Shown here: positions 36,337 to 46,076 of the stretch, piece by piece
Numbering within the stretch: the first letter of the stretch is position 1
How the letters are laid out: every line of letters starts with the position of its first letter
DNA from: Candidatus Latescibacterota bacterium
Lineage (GTDB): Bacteria; Latescibacterota; UBA2968; GCA-2709665
Direction: 5' to 3'
Length of the DNA: 64,000 nt
Assembly (NCBI GenBank): GCA_965205485.1
Contig: OZ242180.1
Span: forward strand, 1,200,535 to 1,264,534
Position numbers and translations under genes: made by a program
Notes under the pieces: generated by a model
The model's database searches: none
What the model was told of the DNA's origin: nothing
Seen by the model: only the letters and a program-made list of their open reading frames with translations

Positions 36337-37059
36337 TCAGGCTCTATCGATAATAGCGACGTATATGGATCCCTTTTCGGGGATGAATCTGGAAATCCGC
36401 CAACCCGTGTCCTCGAGTATGAGCGCCATTTCTTTGCGGGAAACGATAAGATATTCGAACCAGGCGCCGATGTAACGCTCGTACCGGATCCGCATTCTGA
36501 GCTGACCCGGGAACTTTCCGCGCCTCCGGTTGGATTCGTGATAATCCAGATGCGCTCTGCTCGTGGTCGTATATGGATCCCGTGATTCGGCGATGATTCT
36601 CCCGTTCGACGACGTCATATTGCGCATCTTCCTCAATAGCCATCGGGCGCGTTTCAAATTGCCGAACAGCCCGAAATTGTTGCCCATCATCAGCAGAGTG
36701 TCGAACTCCCCGAGCCGGAAGGATATCCGCGTCACGCTTAGAACGCCTGCCTTCCTCAGGCCGCGCTCGCGGGCGACCTGAATCGCAAGAGGCGACGCGT
36801 CGATGCCCAGGACGTCGAATCCCGCTTCCTGAAGATGGAGCGCATGTCGACCCGGTCCGCAGCCGATATCCAGTACGCGACCCGACACATAGGCCATCGA
36901 TTCCTGGTGGTGAGACGCCCATTCGCTGAAGGGCTCGAAATAGGCACATGACTTCCCGGCGGAAATCAGCCCGTCGTCCCGTTCCACGATCTCCTGTGCC
37001 GGAGCGCCGCGATGGCAGTCCCACATCATCCGTCCGTATGCGTCGTTATCGTTTCCCAT
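36337..37059 (-). CDS. Class I SAM-dependent methyltransferase
   Basis: Motif I VLDIGCGPGRHALHL and motif II FDVLGID. Confidence 0.8.
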   Translation of the reverse strand: MGNDNDAYGRMMWDCHRGAPAQEIVERDDGLISAGKSCAYFEPFSEWASHHQESMAYVSGRVLDIGCGPGRHALHLQEAGFDVLGIDASPLAIQVARERGLRKAGVLSVTRISFRLGEFDTLLMMGNNFGLFGNLKRARWLLRKMRNMTSSNGRIIAESRDPYTTTSRAHLDYHESNRRRGKFPGQLRMRIRYERYIGAWFEYLIVSRKEMALILEDTGWRISRFIPEKGSIYVAIIDRA

Positions 37060-37134
37060 TTCCCTTTCTCCCAGAGATAAGCCAGACCTGTGATCTTGCC
37101 GTCATCGACGGATCCCTTGATTGACGCTGCCATC

Positions 37135-37166
37135 AAAAAAGCCCGCCGTCTCTCGACAGCGGGCGT
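37135..37166 (-). terminator. Rho-independent terminator downstream of the rhodanese gene
   Basis: On the minus strand: GCCCGC-tgtcgagagacg-GCGGGC followed by TTTTTT. There is an A-tract on the other side, so it could act in both directions. Confidence 0.6.
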
Positions 37167-37428
37167 CCATTTTCAACACTTGAAGTTCAGGTCTAGTCCA
37201 CCGCCGAGCAGATTGCGCGAAAAGTCGCGGAACCCGTATGATGAGTGTGGCGATGGGCCGTATAGACACACAGGGAGCCGGATGGACTGACGCTGGGTTC
37301 CCTCGGAATGACCTGGATGTTGTTCAGTTGTGTCATAGGACTCGTAAGATAGATAAGCTGGACCCTTAAGTCAAATTTTTCGCACAGCAGAGCCCGAAGA
37401 TGAAGTCATTGCCGACCAGACCGGCTGG

Positions 37429-37842
37429 TCAGCGTCCGCAGTCCGGCGCTTTCCCTTCGGTGGCCTGGAGACCCTCGGTTGCATAGCCGTCCCTGATCCA
37501 CCAGTCCAACCCGCCCATGAGTTCCCTGACGCTGAAACCCAGTCTGGCCAATTTGAGCGCGCCTTTGGTCGACGCATTGCAGCCGATGCCGTCGCAGTAG
37601 GTTACATAGAGCGTGTTTTCGTCCAGCCTGGACGTGGTCTCCTCGCCCATCGAGCGGTGGGGCAGGCTTATGGCGCCCGGAATATGCCTTTCGGCGTACG
37701 CTTCGGAAGACCTCGCGTCCACGATGACCAAATTCTCGCCCAGATTCAACGCCTCGAAGACATCGTACGAATCGATCTCGTATTTCAGCTTGTTTTCGTA
37801 GTGTTCGATCTGTTCTTTCACGAAACCTCCGGTCAATTGCAA
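37429..37842 (-). CDS. Rhodanese-like sulfurtransferase domain protein
   Basis: Active-site loop CDGIGCNAS and the rhodanese-fold pattern VIVDARSSEAYAERHIPGAISLP. Confidence 0.8.
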   Translation of the reverse strand: MQLTGGFVKEQIEHYENKLKYEIDSYDVFEALNLGENLVIVDARSSEAYAERHIPGAISLPHRSMGEETTSRLDENTLYVTYCDGIGCNASTKGALKLARLGFSVRELMGGLDWWIRDGYATEGLQATEGKAPDCGR

Positions 37843-38062
37843 TATCAGCCAATGGTGGATGCGACTGAATGCGGCGATAAATTAGGAAAGCCTTGATTCG
37901 CGGTCAAGAAGTTCGTTCTCCAAACCGACTCGGCACACATCGCGGCCTCGCCCTTTTGCGTTGTATGCCGGGGACGCATTCCCTATTTTACGGCGGCTTT
38001 TCCGAATTTCGCCTTCAATCCTGCCTATCCTGTGTATCCATGTTTGTTGTCGATCGAAAGGA

Positions 38063-39829
38063 ATGGCAATGTCCAACGTGAATCCCAATGCACTGACCGT
38101 TTCGATCGAGACGCCCATGCCGCCCCCGGAATGGGCGTTACTCGAAAGGGCGTTGATCCGGGCGCAGACGCGGGCGTGCAATGAATTCTTCCATCGTTAC
38201 TTTGACTCCCGGGGATATCTTCAGTGCGTCCCCCGCTGGGGCGGCAACGACGGCCCGGACGACGCGATCGAGAACCTGACCGGTTGGCCCATTCTGCACG
38301 CGATAGGCGCGCCGGACAGTATTCTTGAGATGTACAAGCTGGGATGGGAGGGGCACCTGCTTCAGTATACCGAGGCGAAAACCGTGGAGGTGCCGCTGGC
38401 GCGGGACGGGATGTTATATAAGGAGTTCCCGGTAAGCCTGGACTGGTTCCACCACGGCGAAAGCCTGGCCGTCTTCAATTTGCAGGGACTGTCGGATCCG
38501 TACGATAACCGCTTTCGGCACCGGGCGCGCCGTTACGCGGGCTTCTACATGGACGAGGACCCGCAGGCGAAGAATTACGATCCGGAGCACAGGATCATCC
38601 TCAGCCTGTTCACCGGGAGCCGCGGGCCCCTGCTCCGGAAGGCGACGGCGCTGGACTGGGCGGGTGACCCGATCGAGATCGAGGGACGGTTCGACCCGGC
38701 GCACGGCGAGCGCAATTTCGAGGAGATGCTTGCGCATTTCGAGGACTATACCGACGTGGTCGGCGACCACCCCATCAATCTGGCGGCCACCACGCTCGGC
38801 CTCAACGCGTTTATGGTAGAGGGTGAGCGGAAGTACAGGGAGTGGGTACTGGAATACGTGGATGCATGGGCGGAGCGGGCGGCCGCGAACAACGGCATCC
38901 TCCCCAGCAATATCGGACTGGACGGCACAATCGGAGGCGAATGCGACGGCAAGTGGTATGGCGGGTGTTACGGCTGGGGGTTCACGGTGGTCGTGCCCCA
39001 GACGGGTGAACTGTCCAACAGGAATGCAATTTCCCGCGGGGTGGCGGGTTTCGGCAACGCGCTGTTGTTGACGGGACAACAGAAATACGTTGACGTCTGG
39101 CGCGGGATGCTGGCAGCCGTAAACGCGAATACCCGCACGGTGGACGGCAGAACGATGTACCCGCACATGTACGGCGACGACGGCTGGTACGACTACAAGG
39201 AATCGCCCTACAGCCAGGGCGCGCTGGATGTCTACTACTGGTCGATGGACAGGAAGGACCTGAAATACGTTCCCGATGACGCGTGGCTGAAATACCTGGA
39301 TGGCGAAAACGAGGGATTCGCGGAGGGGGCCCTGCGCAGGGAATTCGCGTCCATCCGCGAAAAGGTGAACGGAATGCGCCGGGATACCAGTTCGCCCGAT
39401 ACCCGGATGTCGGACGATACGCTGAGATTCAACCCCGCCATCAACAGCTGTCTGACCCAGTTGATGCTGGGTGGATTGAACCCCCGGTACGGCGAGCCGC
39501 TGCATTGCCGCCTGCGGTATTTCGACCCCGTGCGGCGGCGGGCGGGAATTCCGGAGGACGTGGCGGCGCTGGTGGAAGGGCTGACGGACGAGACGGCCAC
39601 GGTATCGCTGGTGAACGTGAATCCGGTGGATCATCGAACCGTGATCGTCCAGGCGGGGGCCTACGGCGAGCATCAGGTGACCGCGGTTCGGTCTAACGGC
39701 AATACCCATTCAATGGACTGTCCGTTCTTCACGGTTCGACTGGCGCCCGGAAGCGGAAGCCGGCTCGTGGTCACCACGAAGCGGTACGCGAATCAACCGA
39801 CGTTCGTATTTCCGTGGGATCGGGAATAG
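38063..39829 (+). CDS. Hypothetical protein (588 aa), no recognisable catalytic motif
   Basis: Long ORF with coding-type composition. ATG at 38063 after GAAAGGA. W/Y/G-rich. Confidence 0.55.
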   Translation: MAMSNVNPNALTVSIETPMPPPEWALLERALIRAQTRACNEFFHRYFDSRGYLQCVPRWGGNDGPDDAIENLTGWPILHAIGAPDSILEMYKLGWEGHLLQYTEAKTVEVPLARDGMLYKEFPVSLDWFHHGESLAVFNLQGLSDPYDNRFRHRARRYAGFYMDEDPQAKNYDPEHRIILSLFTGSRGPLLRKATALDWAGDPIEIEGRFDPAHGERNFEEMLAHFEDYTDVVGDHPINLAATTLGLNAFMVEGERKYREWVLEYVDAWAERAAANNGILPSNIGLDGTIGGECDGKWYGGCYGWGFTVVVPQTGELSNRNAISRGVAGFGNALLLTGQQKYVDVWRGMLAAVNANTRTVDGRTMYPHMYGDDGWYDYKESPYSQGALDVYYWSMDRKDLKYVPDDAWLKYLDGENEGFAEGALRREFASIREKVNGMRRDTSSPDTRMSDDTLRFNPAINSCLTQLMLGGLNPRYGEPLHCRLRYFDPVRRRAGIPEDVAALVEGLTDETATVSLVNVNPVDHRTVIVQAGAYGEHQVTAVRSNGNTHSMDCPFFTVRLAPGSGSRLVVTTKRYANQPTFVFPWDRE

Positions 39830-39831
39830 AA

Positions 39832-40041
39832 AGCTGTCAGCTATCGGCTCTCAGCCGTCAGCTCCCCGCCCTACCCATCCCAAAGGCGCACGATCCTCGA
39901 GGCGAAACCTGCCTTTCCTCCCTCTCTCCTCACAGGAGAGAGGGCCGGGGAGAGAGGTCTGCGGGGCAGGGTAGAGGGATTGCTTTTGATTTTGCCTATC
40001 GTTTTTGGCTGACAGCTGACCACTGAGAGCTGATAGCTTTT
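39832..40041. repeat. MITE/REP-like intergenic element (family 1), about 210 bp long imperfect palindrome with about 30-bp terminal inverted repeats
   Basis: Left end agctgtcagctatcggctctcagccgtcagct. Right end gctgacagctgaccactgagagctgatagct (reverse-complementary). Central hairpin cctctctcct-caca-ggagagagg followed by gccggggagagaggtctgcgggg. The core recurs at 49061..49235. Confidence 0.6.
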
Positions 40042-40070
40042 ATCGCTTTCATACATACGGAGGATTCGAA

Positions 40071-40913
40071 ATGAGTCTGGATATCGAACGATGGCTCCGC
40101 CGGCCCAAGATCGACGTGCACGCCCACGTCTGGAATCTGGACAACGAGGCAGACGAGGTGACGTCCGCCGAGCGGTTGATCTGGACGGGCGATTTGCTGG
40201 GCATCACCGAATACTGGTGTTCGTCACCCATTACGGGCGGGCGGCTTGCCAGTATTGAGGAAGTTCGCGCGGAGAACGATGCCGTGCTGAGGGCCATGAA
40301 GCGGTTTCCCGACCATATCCGCGGGCTGTGTTTCGTCATACCGGGACATTACCAGGACGCGGTGGACGAGATCGATCGTTGCCTGGACGCGGGGATGATC
40401 GGGGTCAAGCTCTACAACCAGTACCGCATCGACGATCCGGCGGTGTATCCGGTTCTCGAACGCATCACCGAGCGCAGGGTGCCGCTTCTCGAGCACGCGG
40501 GCCTGCCCACCTCCAGGGAATTCCTGGACGCGCAACCGCAGATTTCCAACGGACCCCATTTCGCGGAGATGAACCGGCGGTATCCCGAGGCGATCGTCAT
40601 TCACGCGCACATCGGCGGCGGCGGCGACTGGGAGAATACCATCCGCGCCATGCGGGACACGTCGCCCAGCCTGGTCTGCGACGTCAGCGGCAGCAATCTT
40701 GACGATGGCCAGGTCGAACTCGCCGTGGCCGAAATGGGCCCTGAGAGGGTTTTGTTCGGCACGGACGGCACCATGTCCGGCAGCGTGGGGAAGGTCATCG
40801 ACGCAACGCTGACGGACGAGGAAAAGGACATGATATTCTGGGACAACGCGGAGCGGATCCTGGCGGCCCAGGGCGCGGCGCCAATCCGGACGGGGAAGGA
40901 GGCTTCGGCATGA
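40071..40913 (+). CDS. Amidohydrolase-2 family metal-dependent hydrolase
   Basis: KIDVHAHVW (HxH), a later His, and FGTDGT. TIM-barrel amidohydrolase_2 pattern. Confidence 0.75.
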   Translation: MSLDIERWLRRPKIDVHAHVWNLDNEADEVTSAERLIWTGDLLGITEYWCSSPITGGRLASIEEVRAENDAVLRAMKRFPDHIRGLCFVIPGHYQDAVDEIDRCLDAGMIGVKLYNQYRIDDPAVYPVLERITERRVPLLEHAGLPTSREFLDAQPQISNGPHFAEMNRRYPEAIVIHAHIGGGGDWENTIRAMRDTSPSLVCDVSGSNLDDGQVELAVAEMGPERVLFGTDGTMSGSVGKVIDATLTDEEKDMIFWDNAERILAAQGAAPIRTGKEASA

Positions 40914-41710
40914 AATACATCGATCTCAATGCATGGTTGGGTTCGTGGCCCTTTCGGGCATTGCGGGACAATACGCCTGAAACACTCATAGAAAGGCTTG
41001 ACCGCGCCGGAATCGGCAAGGCCGCCGTGTCCCGAATCGAGGCGATATTGCACCGCAGCGTACAGCCGGCCAACGAACGGCTGGCGGAAGACCTGGACGG
41101 GATTACCGACCGATTGATTCCCATGGCGACGATCAACGCGGCCGATCGGAACTGGGAAGGCGATCTGCGCCGCTGCCACGAAGAACTCGGGATGAAGGGG
41201 GCGCGTCTGTTCCCGCAGTATCACGAGTTCGCCGTTGACGGACCGGAGGCCCGCAGGGTCGTATCGGCTTGCGCTGAGCGGGGCCTTCCGGTGTTCATAC
41301 CCCATCGGATCGAGGACGTCAGACAGAGGCACTGGATGGATCCCGGGCGGATGTTGGACCTCAACGGCGCGGCGAACCTGATTGCCGCGGTCTCCGGGGC
41401 GACAGTCGTGATCCCAAACGCACGGGGAATTGCAGGTTCCGCCTTGTGGCAGCGAAGGGAGATCCGGGACCGCGACTGGTATTTCGACCTGTCCCTCGCG
41501 GAAGTCCATTACTCATTGAGCCTAAACGTGAACCAGTTGGGCGATCTGGCGAATTTCATCGACGAGGGCGGCGCCGACCACCTCGTTTTCGGCACGCACG
41601 CGCCGTTTTCCTATCCTTCCGCCGCGAGGGTCAAATGTGCGGTGTTGCCGGTAGATGAGGAAACACTGGAAGAGATCTGTTACAAACGGGCTGAACGGAT
41701 GTTGATTTGA
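40910..41710 (+). CDS. Amidohydrolase-2 family protein (second, divergent copy)
   Basis: Start overlaps the upstream stop (ATGA at 40910-40913). VFGTHAPF near the C-terminus. GGAAGGA sits upstream. Confidence 0.65.
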   Translation: MKYIDLNAWLGSWPFRALRDNTPETLIERLDRAGIGKAAVSRIEAILHRSVQPANERLAEDLDGITDRLIPMATINAADRNWEGDLRRCHEELGMKGARLFPQYHEFAVDGPEARRVVSACAERGLPVFIPHRIEDVRQRHWMDPGRMLDLNGAANLIAAVSGATVVIPNARGIAGSALWQRREIRDRDWYFDLSLAEVHYSLSLNVNQLGDLANFIDEGGADHLVFGTHAPFSYPSAARVKCAVLPVDEETLEEICYKRAERMLI

Positions 41711-42029
41711 GTGTACTTGAAACAGATCGCCTGAATTCCGCCTTCAAGTCCCTCGGCTCGCATCCTACGATCGGCCAAGGATCCAGTACCTGAGCCGCTC
41801 CCTGAGCTTGTCGAAGGGTCGGCGAAGGCAAGTAAATACGGCCAGCAAGTAGCGAAACACGGGCATTTCGACAAGCTCAATGACCACGTTTCGAAGAGCT
41901 CAATGAACACCAACTTTTCGCCACTGGATGAATCGGCAATAGAACGGCGAGAAGAATTCCGCGACAGGACATCAGGTCGCGGGTTCAGAAAATTCCGAAA
42001 AACCAAACAAGAGTTTATGTCTAAGGACG

Positions 42030-44450
42030 TTGAAGCATGGTCACCACCAACTTGATAACCGGCTGGACGGCGCCTGCATACCCGCTCTCGAGACGCCAAT
42101 GAGCCGGCGCTATCTGCGGATTGCGCAGAAGTGGTGTCCCACCGCGCTCAGCTATTTTGAGGATTGGGATGGGCGTCCCAACTGCGGGCATTTCTTCGGC
42201 GGTGTCCATTGGTACGGTATTGAGTCCGCGGTCCCGCTGCATGCCCTGGCCGCGGTGAGTACGTCGCCGGAATACGACGAGAAAACCACGGGATTGTCGA
42301 TCGACAGCCTCCGGGAAGTTGTGATCAAGGCCATCCGATACCTGTGTTTCACGCACGATACGGGCCCCGAGGAATGTCTGCGGCCGAACACGGGGCTGGG
42401 TATGCCGAGGTCCTGGGGCACGAAATGGGGGGAACGGGGCCGGGGGTTTTTCCCTGAAAGCCAGTGCGGCGGGACCGTTGCGAATATGACCTCTGCCGCC
42501 CTGATGTTGCAGCCGTACGTTGACGACGAAACGCGGATGATGCTGGCGGGAATCTGCCTGGATTATCTCGAACGGTTCGGAGAGATGGCGCCGAAGAGCG
42601 GGGTATTCGCCGATACGCAGATGGAGGAGAACGCGTGGACGGCGCACGGCCTCGCGGCATGCTATCTGTTTCTGTCCGGACACGAGCGGGCGGAAGCGTG
42701 GGAAGCCTGCGCCCGTCGATGGATGTTTTCGGCCTGCGCGGTCCCGCAGGACCGGTTCAACGAGGGCGCGCTGGAATCAGGGTCCAAGGCCGCGGCGTTG
42801 ACGGGGAAGACGTTCACCACGCTGCCGGACTACATGGCCGAGAACCACGGGATGGTCCACCCCGGTTACACCGCCTCAGGGGTGCAGTCGGTGGCCAGCC
42901 TGGGACTGCTCTACCGGATGTACGGAAGGATCGAACCTCCGGAGGCCTACTGGAACCGGCAGCGGGTCTACGATGCGATCAAGCTGCTTACAGATGCGAC
43001 GGGATCGGCCATGCCGACGCAGGGGATGGACCGCCTCTATCTGGGAGAACAGCACGTGCTGCACGCATCGGCATATCTGTTCCTGAAAGACCCGGATGCG
43101 GGGTATTTCGAGGAGGTCTCACTGGCGCTCAGAGAAAAGAAACAGGAAGGGAACGGAGGGCGGTTGATCGATCCCGTAATTGCCGACACATGCCACGAGG
43201 TGGAAGATCCCATGGAAATCAAGGAATCCGAGATGATTGCCGGGATCGTGAAACCCTATCTCCTGCACCGGATCATGGATGGAGAAGCGCCGGAGCCCGC
43301 GTCGGAAGCGAAGATTGCTGCGAAGTTCAACGGCGTCCGGGTTTTCCCTCATTCCGGGTTCGTGCATCATCGACACGCGAAGGGCCAGAATTCCCTGTCC
43401 TGGCGCAACTACGTGATGGCGCTGCCGTTCACGCGCGACGGCGTGCACACGGTAGGGCCCAGCCGTTGGAGCCTGCTGGCCAACGTCACGGTGCGGGACC
43501 GGCCGGGAAGCCAGAATCTTCGCGTTTTGCGGATCAACCAGAAGGACGACGGGTTCGCGGCGCTCATGGAAAACGACCGGGCCCAGGACGCGATCCGGCA
43601 GCGCGTGCTGTGCTGCTCGCTTCCGGATGGACGGATGGTGTGCCATGAACGGCTCGTGGCGCTGCGGGATTGTACGGTGGAGCGGTTGGATCAGGGATTC
43701 ATCAGGGTGGTCAACGAAAACTTCCCGCTCGTCGGCGGCGCGTGCGACGGGAAGCGCAATCTGTATCACCCCATAGGAACGGAGACGTTTCCCGGGTTTC
43801 CGAGCAAAGACCCCGACGACGACGTCGTGTTCGACCTGCGCGACCCGGGCTGGCTGAACGTGGACGATCAACTGGGGATCGTGTTCACGGGGACGGGCGG
43901 GACCCGCTATGTGAACCGTCACCATTTCCCGCCTTTCAGCTTCAGGGCGGTCGCGGACGATCTGTTCCTCAGCCTGGAAGAAACGGCGAAGGAATACCGG
44001 ACCGGAGCGCAGGTTGGCGCGCTCGCCATACTGATCTGCCCCGAGCAGCCGCACGAGGAAACGCCGGACCAGTTTCTCACGGTCGCCGAGTCGTCGGAAA
44101 ATACCGTCTGTGTACTCGTGGACGGCTATCTGTGCGCCGGTAACTTCGGGGCGGAGCGGAGTGTATGCGCGTTTGCAACAGAGATTGAGCATCCGGTACC
44201 GGTTTTTGGAAGCACGACGCGCGTTTCCGGAGAGCGCGTCGAGTATGCCATGCCGATCGAAGGCGGCGAGGCAGTTTACGCGAAGGAAGTCATGGCGGTC
44301 CTGTGCGACGGGGACATTCGCATCGAAGTCGTTCCTGGCGGGGACGCGTACATCACCAATGAAGCGGGGCGAAGGGTGGATGTGAATATTCTTAAAGACG
44401 GGAAAGCACGGGATCTGCGGATGGAAGCGGCACAGGTGGCGCGTATCTGA
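42030..44450 (+). CDS. Large hypothetical protein (about 800 aa), paralog of 49257..51674
   Basis: Shares with the paralog RRYLR...W.P..V.YF..W..RPNCGHFFGG.HWYG, EYDEK, RYLCFTHD, GTKWGERG.GFF.ESQCGG, LPDYWAENHGMVHP..T.SG and VHHRH.KGQ. The start is a TTG at 42030 or the ATG at 42099. Confidence 0.65.
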   Translation: MKHGHHQLDNRLDGACIPALETPMSRRYLRIAQKWCPTALSYFEDWDGRPNCGHFFGGVHWYGIESAVPLHALAAVSTSPEYDEKTTGLSIDSLREVVIKAIRYLCFTHDTGPEECLRPNTGLGMPRSWGTKWGERGRGFFPESQCGGTVANMTSAALMLQPYVDDETRMMLAGICLDYLERFGEMAPKSGVFADTQMEENAWTAHGLAACYLFLSGHERAEAWEACARRWMFSACAVPQDRFNEGALESGSKAAALTGKTFTTLPDYMAENHGMVHPGYTASGVQSVASLGLLYRMYGRIEPPEAYWNRQRVYDAIKLLTDATGSAMPTQGMDRLYLGEQHVLHASAYLFLKDPDAGYFEEVSLALREKKQEGNGGRLIDPVIADTCHEVEDPMEIKESEMIAGIVKPYLLHRIMDGEAPEPASEAKIAAKFNGVRVFPHSGFVHHRHAKGQNSLSWRNYVMALPFTRDGVHTVGPSRWSLLANVTVRDRPGSQNLRVLRINQKDDGFAALMENDRAQDAIRQRVLCCSLPDGRMVCHERLVALRDCTVERLDQGFIRVVNENFPLVGGACDGKRNLYHPIGTETFPGFPSKDPDDDVVFDLRDPGWLNVDDQLGIVFTGTGGTRYVNRHHFPPFSFRAVADDLFLSLEETAKEYRTGAQVGALAILICPEQPHEETPDQFLTVAESSENTVCVLVDGYLCAGNFGAERSVCAFATEIEHPVPVFGSTTRVSGERVEYAMPIEGGEAVYAKEVMAVLCDGDIRIEVVPGGDAYITNEAGRRVDVNILKDGKARDLRMEAAQVARI

Positions 44451-44544
44451 TGACCGGAGAGAGACTCAGCAAACGCGGGGAGACGGGAGCCGGTAGACGG
44501 TAGAAGAAACCCTTGCCCGATACTTTATTCCTTCTTGCCTCCGG

Positions 44545-44640
44545 CACGAAAGGAAACCCCTCAAGGCTGGCAATCTCTACCCTCTCACGTCTTACGTCTC
44601 ACCCGGTAGTCGGGCGGCCGGGGGGAGAGGTCCCCCTGAA
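44545..44640. repeat. Intergenic repeat (family 1b): gaaacc...aaggc.ggcaatctctaccctctc.cgtctt.cgtctc plus a GC hairpin
   Basis: Second copy at 48871..48990, about 85% identical over about 55 bp. Each copy is followed by a G/C-rich hairpin (ggggga-gag-gtccccc here, cccccttcc-tgtga-ggaaggggg there). Confidence 0.55.
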
Positions 44641-44672
44641 ACGACGAATCAATGTCAATCAAGAGTCATTGA

Positions 44673-46076
44673 ATGGGAAATAGCAAGATGCGGCTGGCGA
44701 TTTGCGGGATCAGGCACGAAACGAATACCTTCTCCCCGTTGCGCGCGGGCATCGAGGATTTTGACGTCCTGCGCGGAGATGAAATACTCGCCGACGGACC
44801 CTGGCAGGCCGTCGCCAACGTCGAATGGGCGCCCACGCTGGTTTCAAAGGCACAGCCGCACGGGCTGGTCCTCATGGACGCTTACGAGTCCATGGCAGCA
44901 GAAATGGTGGAACGTCTGCACCAGGCATCTCCGGTGGACGGCGTGTACCTGGATCTGCACGGCGCGATGGAGATTGAAGGCCTGGGCGACGGGGAACGCG
45001 ACCTGGTATGCCGCGTGCGCGAGGCGGTCGGCGATGAAATACCGATCGTCGCCAGCCTGGACCTGCACGGCAATCTCGCGCCCGAGGTGGTGGAGAAGAC
45101 CAATGTGCTCACCGCACTGCGGACCGCGCCTCACGTGGACCGGCGAGAGACGCAGGCGCGCGCGATCGGACACCTCGTCCGTTGCGTGAAAGAAGATATC
45201 CGCCCGGCAAATGCCATCGTAAGGCTGCCCATGCTGCTTCCCGGCGAACACGCGGCTACCGGAGTGGAGCCCGCCCGGTCCCTGTATGCAGAACTCAAGG
45301 AGATAGAAAGTCAGCCGGAGATTATGGATGCGTCGATCATGATCGGGTGCGCGTGGACCGATTCGCCGTTTACGTCCGTGGCCGCTATCGTGGTTTCGGA
45401 GAACAGTAAGACAGCCGGAGAACACGCGGAACGAATGGCGACGGAAATCTGGCGGCGACGCCATGAATTCGCTCCGGATGTGTTAACGCTGCCGGTGGAA
45501 GACGTCGTTCAGCGCGCGATGCGGGAGATCCGGCATCCCGTGTTCATTTCCGATTCCGGCGACAACGTCACGGCGGGCGCGGCCGGCGATATCCCGCTCG
45601 TCCTGAAATCGCTGCTCGAGGCCGGCGCCCGGGATGCGGTTGTCGCCGGGATCGCGGATGCCCCGGCGGTCGAGGCGTGTATCGACGCCGGTGTCGGCGC
45701 TGTGCTGACTCTCACGGTGGGCGGCAAACTCGACAGGGTCAATGGATCTCCTGTGGAGGTGACCGGCCGGGTCGTGTCGATGAATCCGCCGAGGATCGTC
45801 GTGTTCCAGGTGGACGGCGTCAGGGTGGTTTTAACGGCTGACCGCATGCCGTTCCTGGACCTGAGGGCCTTTGAAGAGGCAAACGTGAACCCAACGGAAC
45901 ACGAGATCGTGGTTGTGAAACATGGATACCTCGCACCGGAACTCAGGGAAATAGCAGGAACGGCGTTGATGGCGGTCAGTCCCGGATGTACGACCCTGGC
46001 TCTGGAGACGCTGCCCTATGCAAGGATCCGGCGGCCGGTGTTTCCACTGGACGAGGACGTCGTATTCTCTCACTGA
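44673..46076 (+). CDS. MlrC-like (peptidase family M81, microcystinase C homolog) protein
   Basis: N-terminus MRLAICGIRHETNTFSP is characteristic of the MlrC/DUF1485 N-domain. About 460 aa. Confidence 0.8.
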   Translation: MGNSKMRLAICGIRHETNTFSPLRAGIEDFDVLRGDEILADGPWQAVANVEWAPTLVSKAQPHGLVLMDAYESMAAEMVERLHQASPVDGVYLDLHGAMEIEGLGDGERDLVCRVREAVGDEIPIVASLDLHGNLAPEVVEKTNVLTALRTAPHVDRRETQARAIGHLVRCVKEDIRPANAIVRLPMLLPGEHAATGVEPARSLYAELKEIESQPEIMDASIMIGCAWTDSPFTSVAAIVVSENSKTAGEHAERMATEIWRRRHEFAPDVLTLPVEDVVQRAMREIRHPVFISDSGDNVTAGAAGDIPLVLKSLLEAGARDAVVAGIADAPAVEACIDAGVGAVLTLTVGGKLDRVNGSPVEVTGRVVSMNPPRIVVFQVDGVRVVLTADRMPFLDLRAFEEANVNPTEHEIVVVKHGYLAPELREIAGTALMAVSPGCTTLALETLPYARIRRPVFPLDEDVVFSH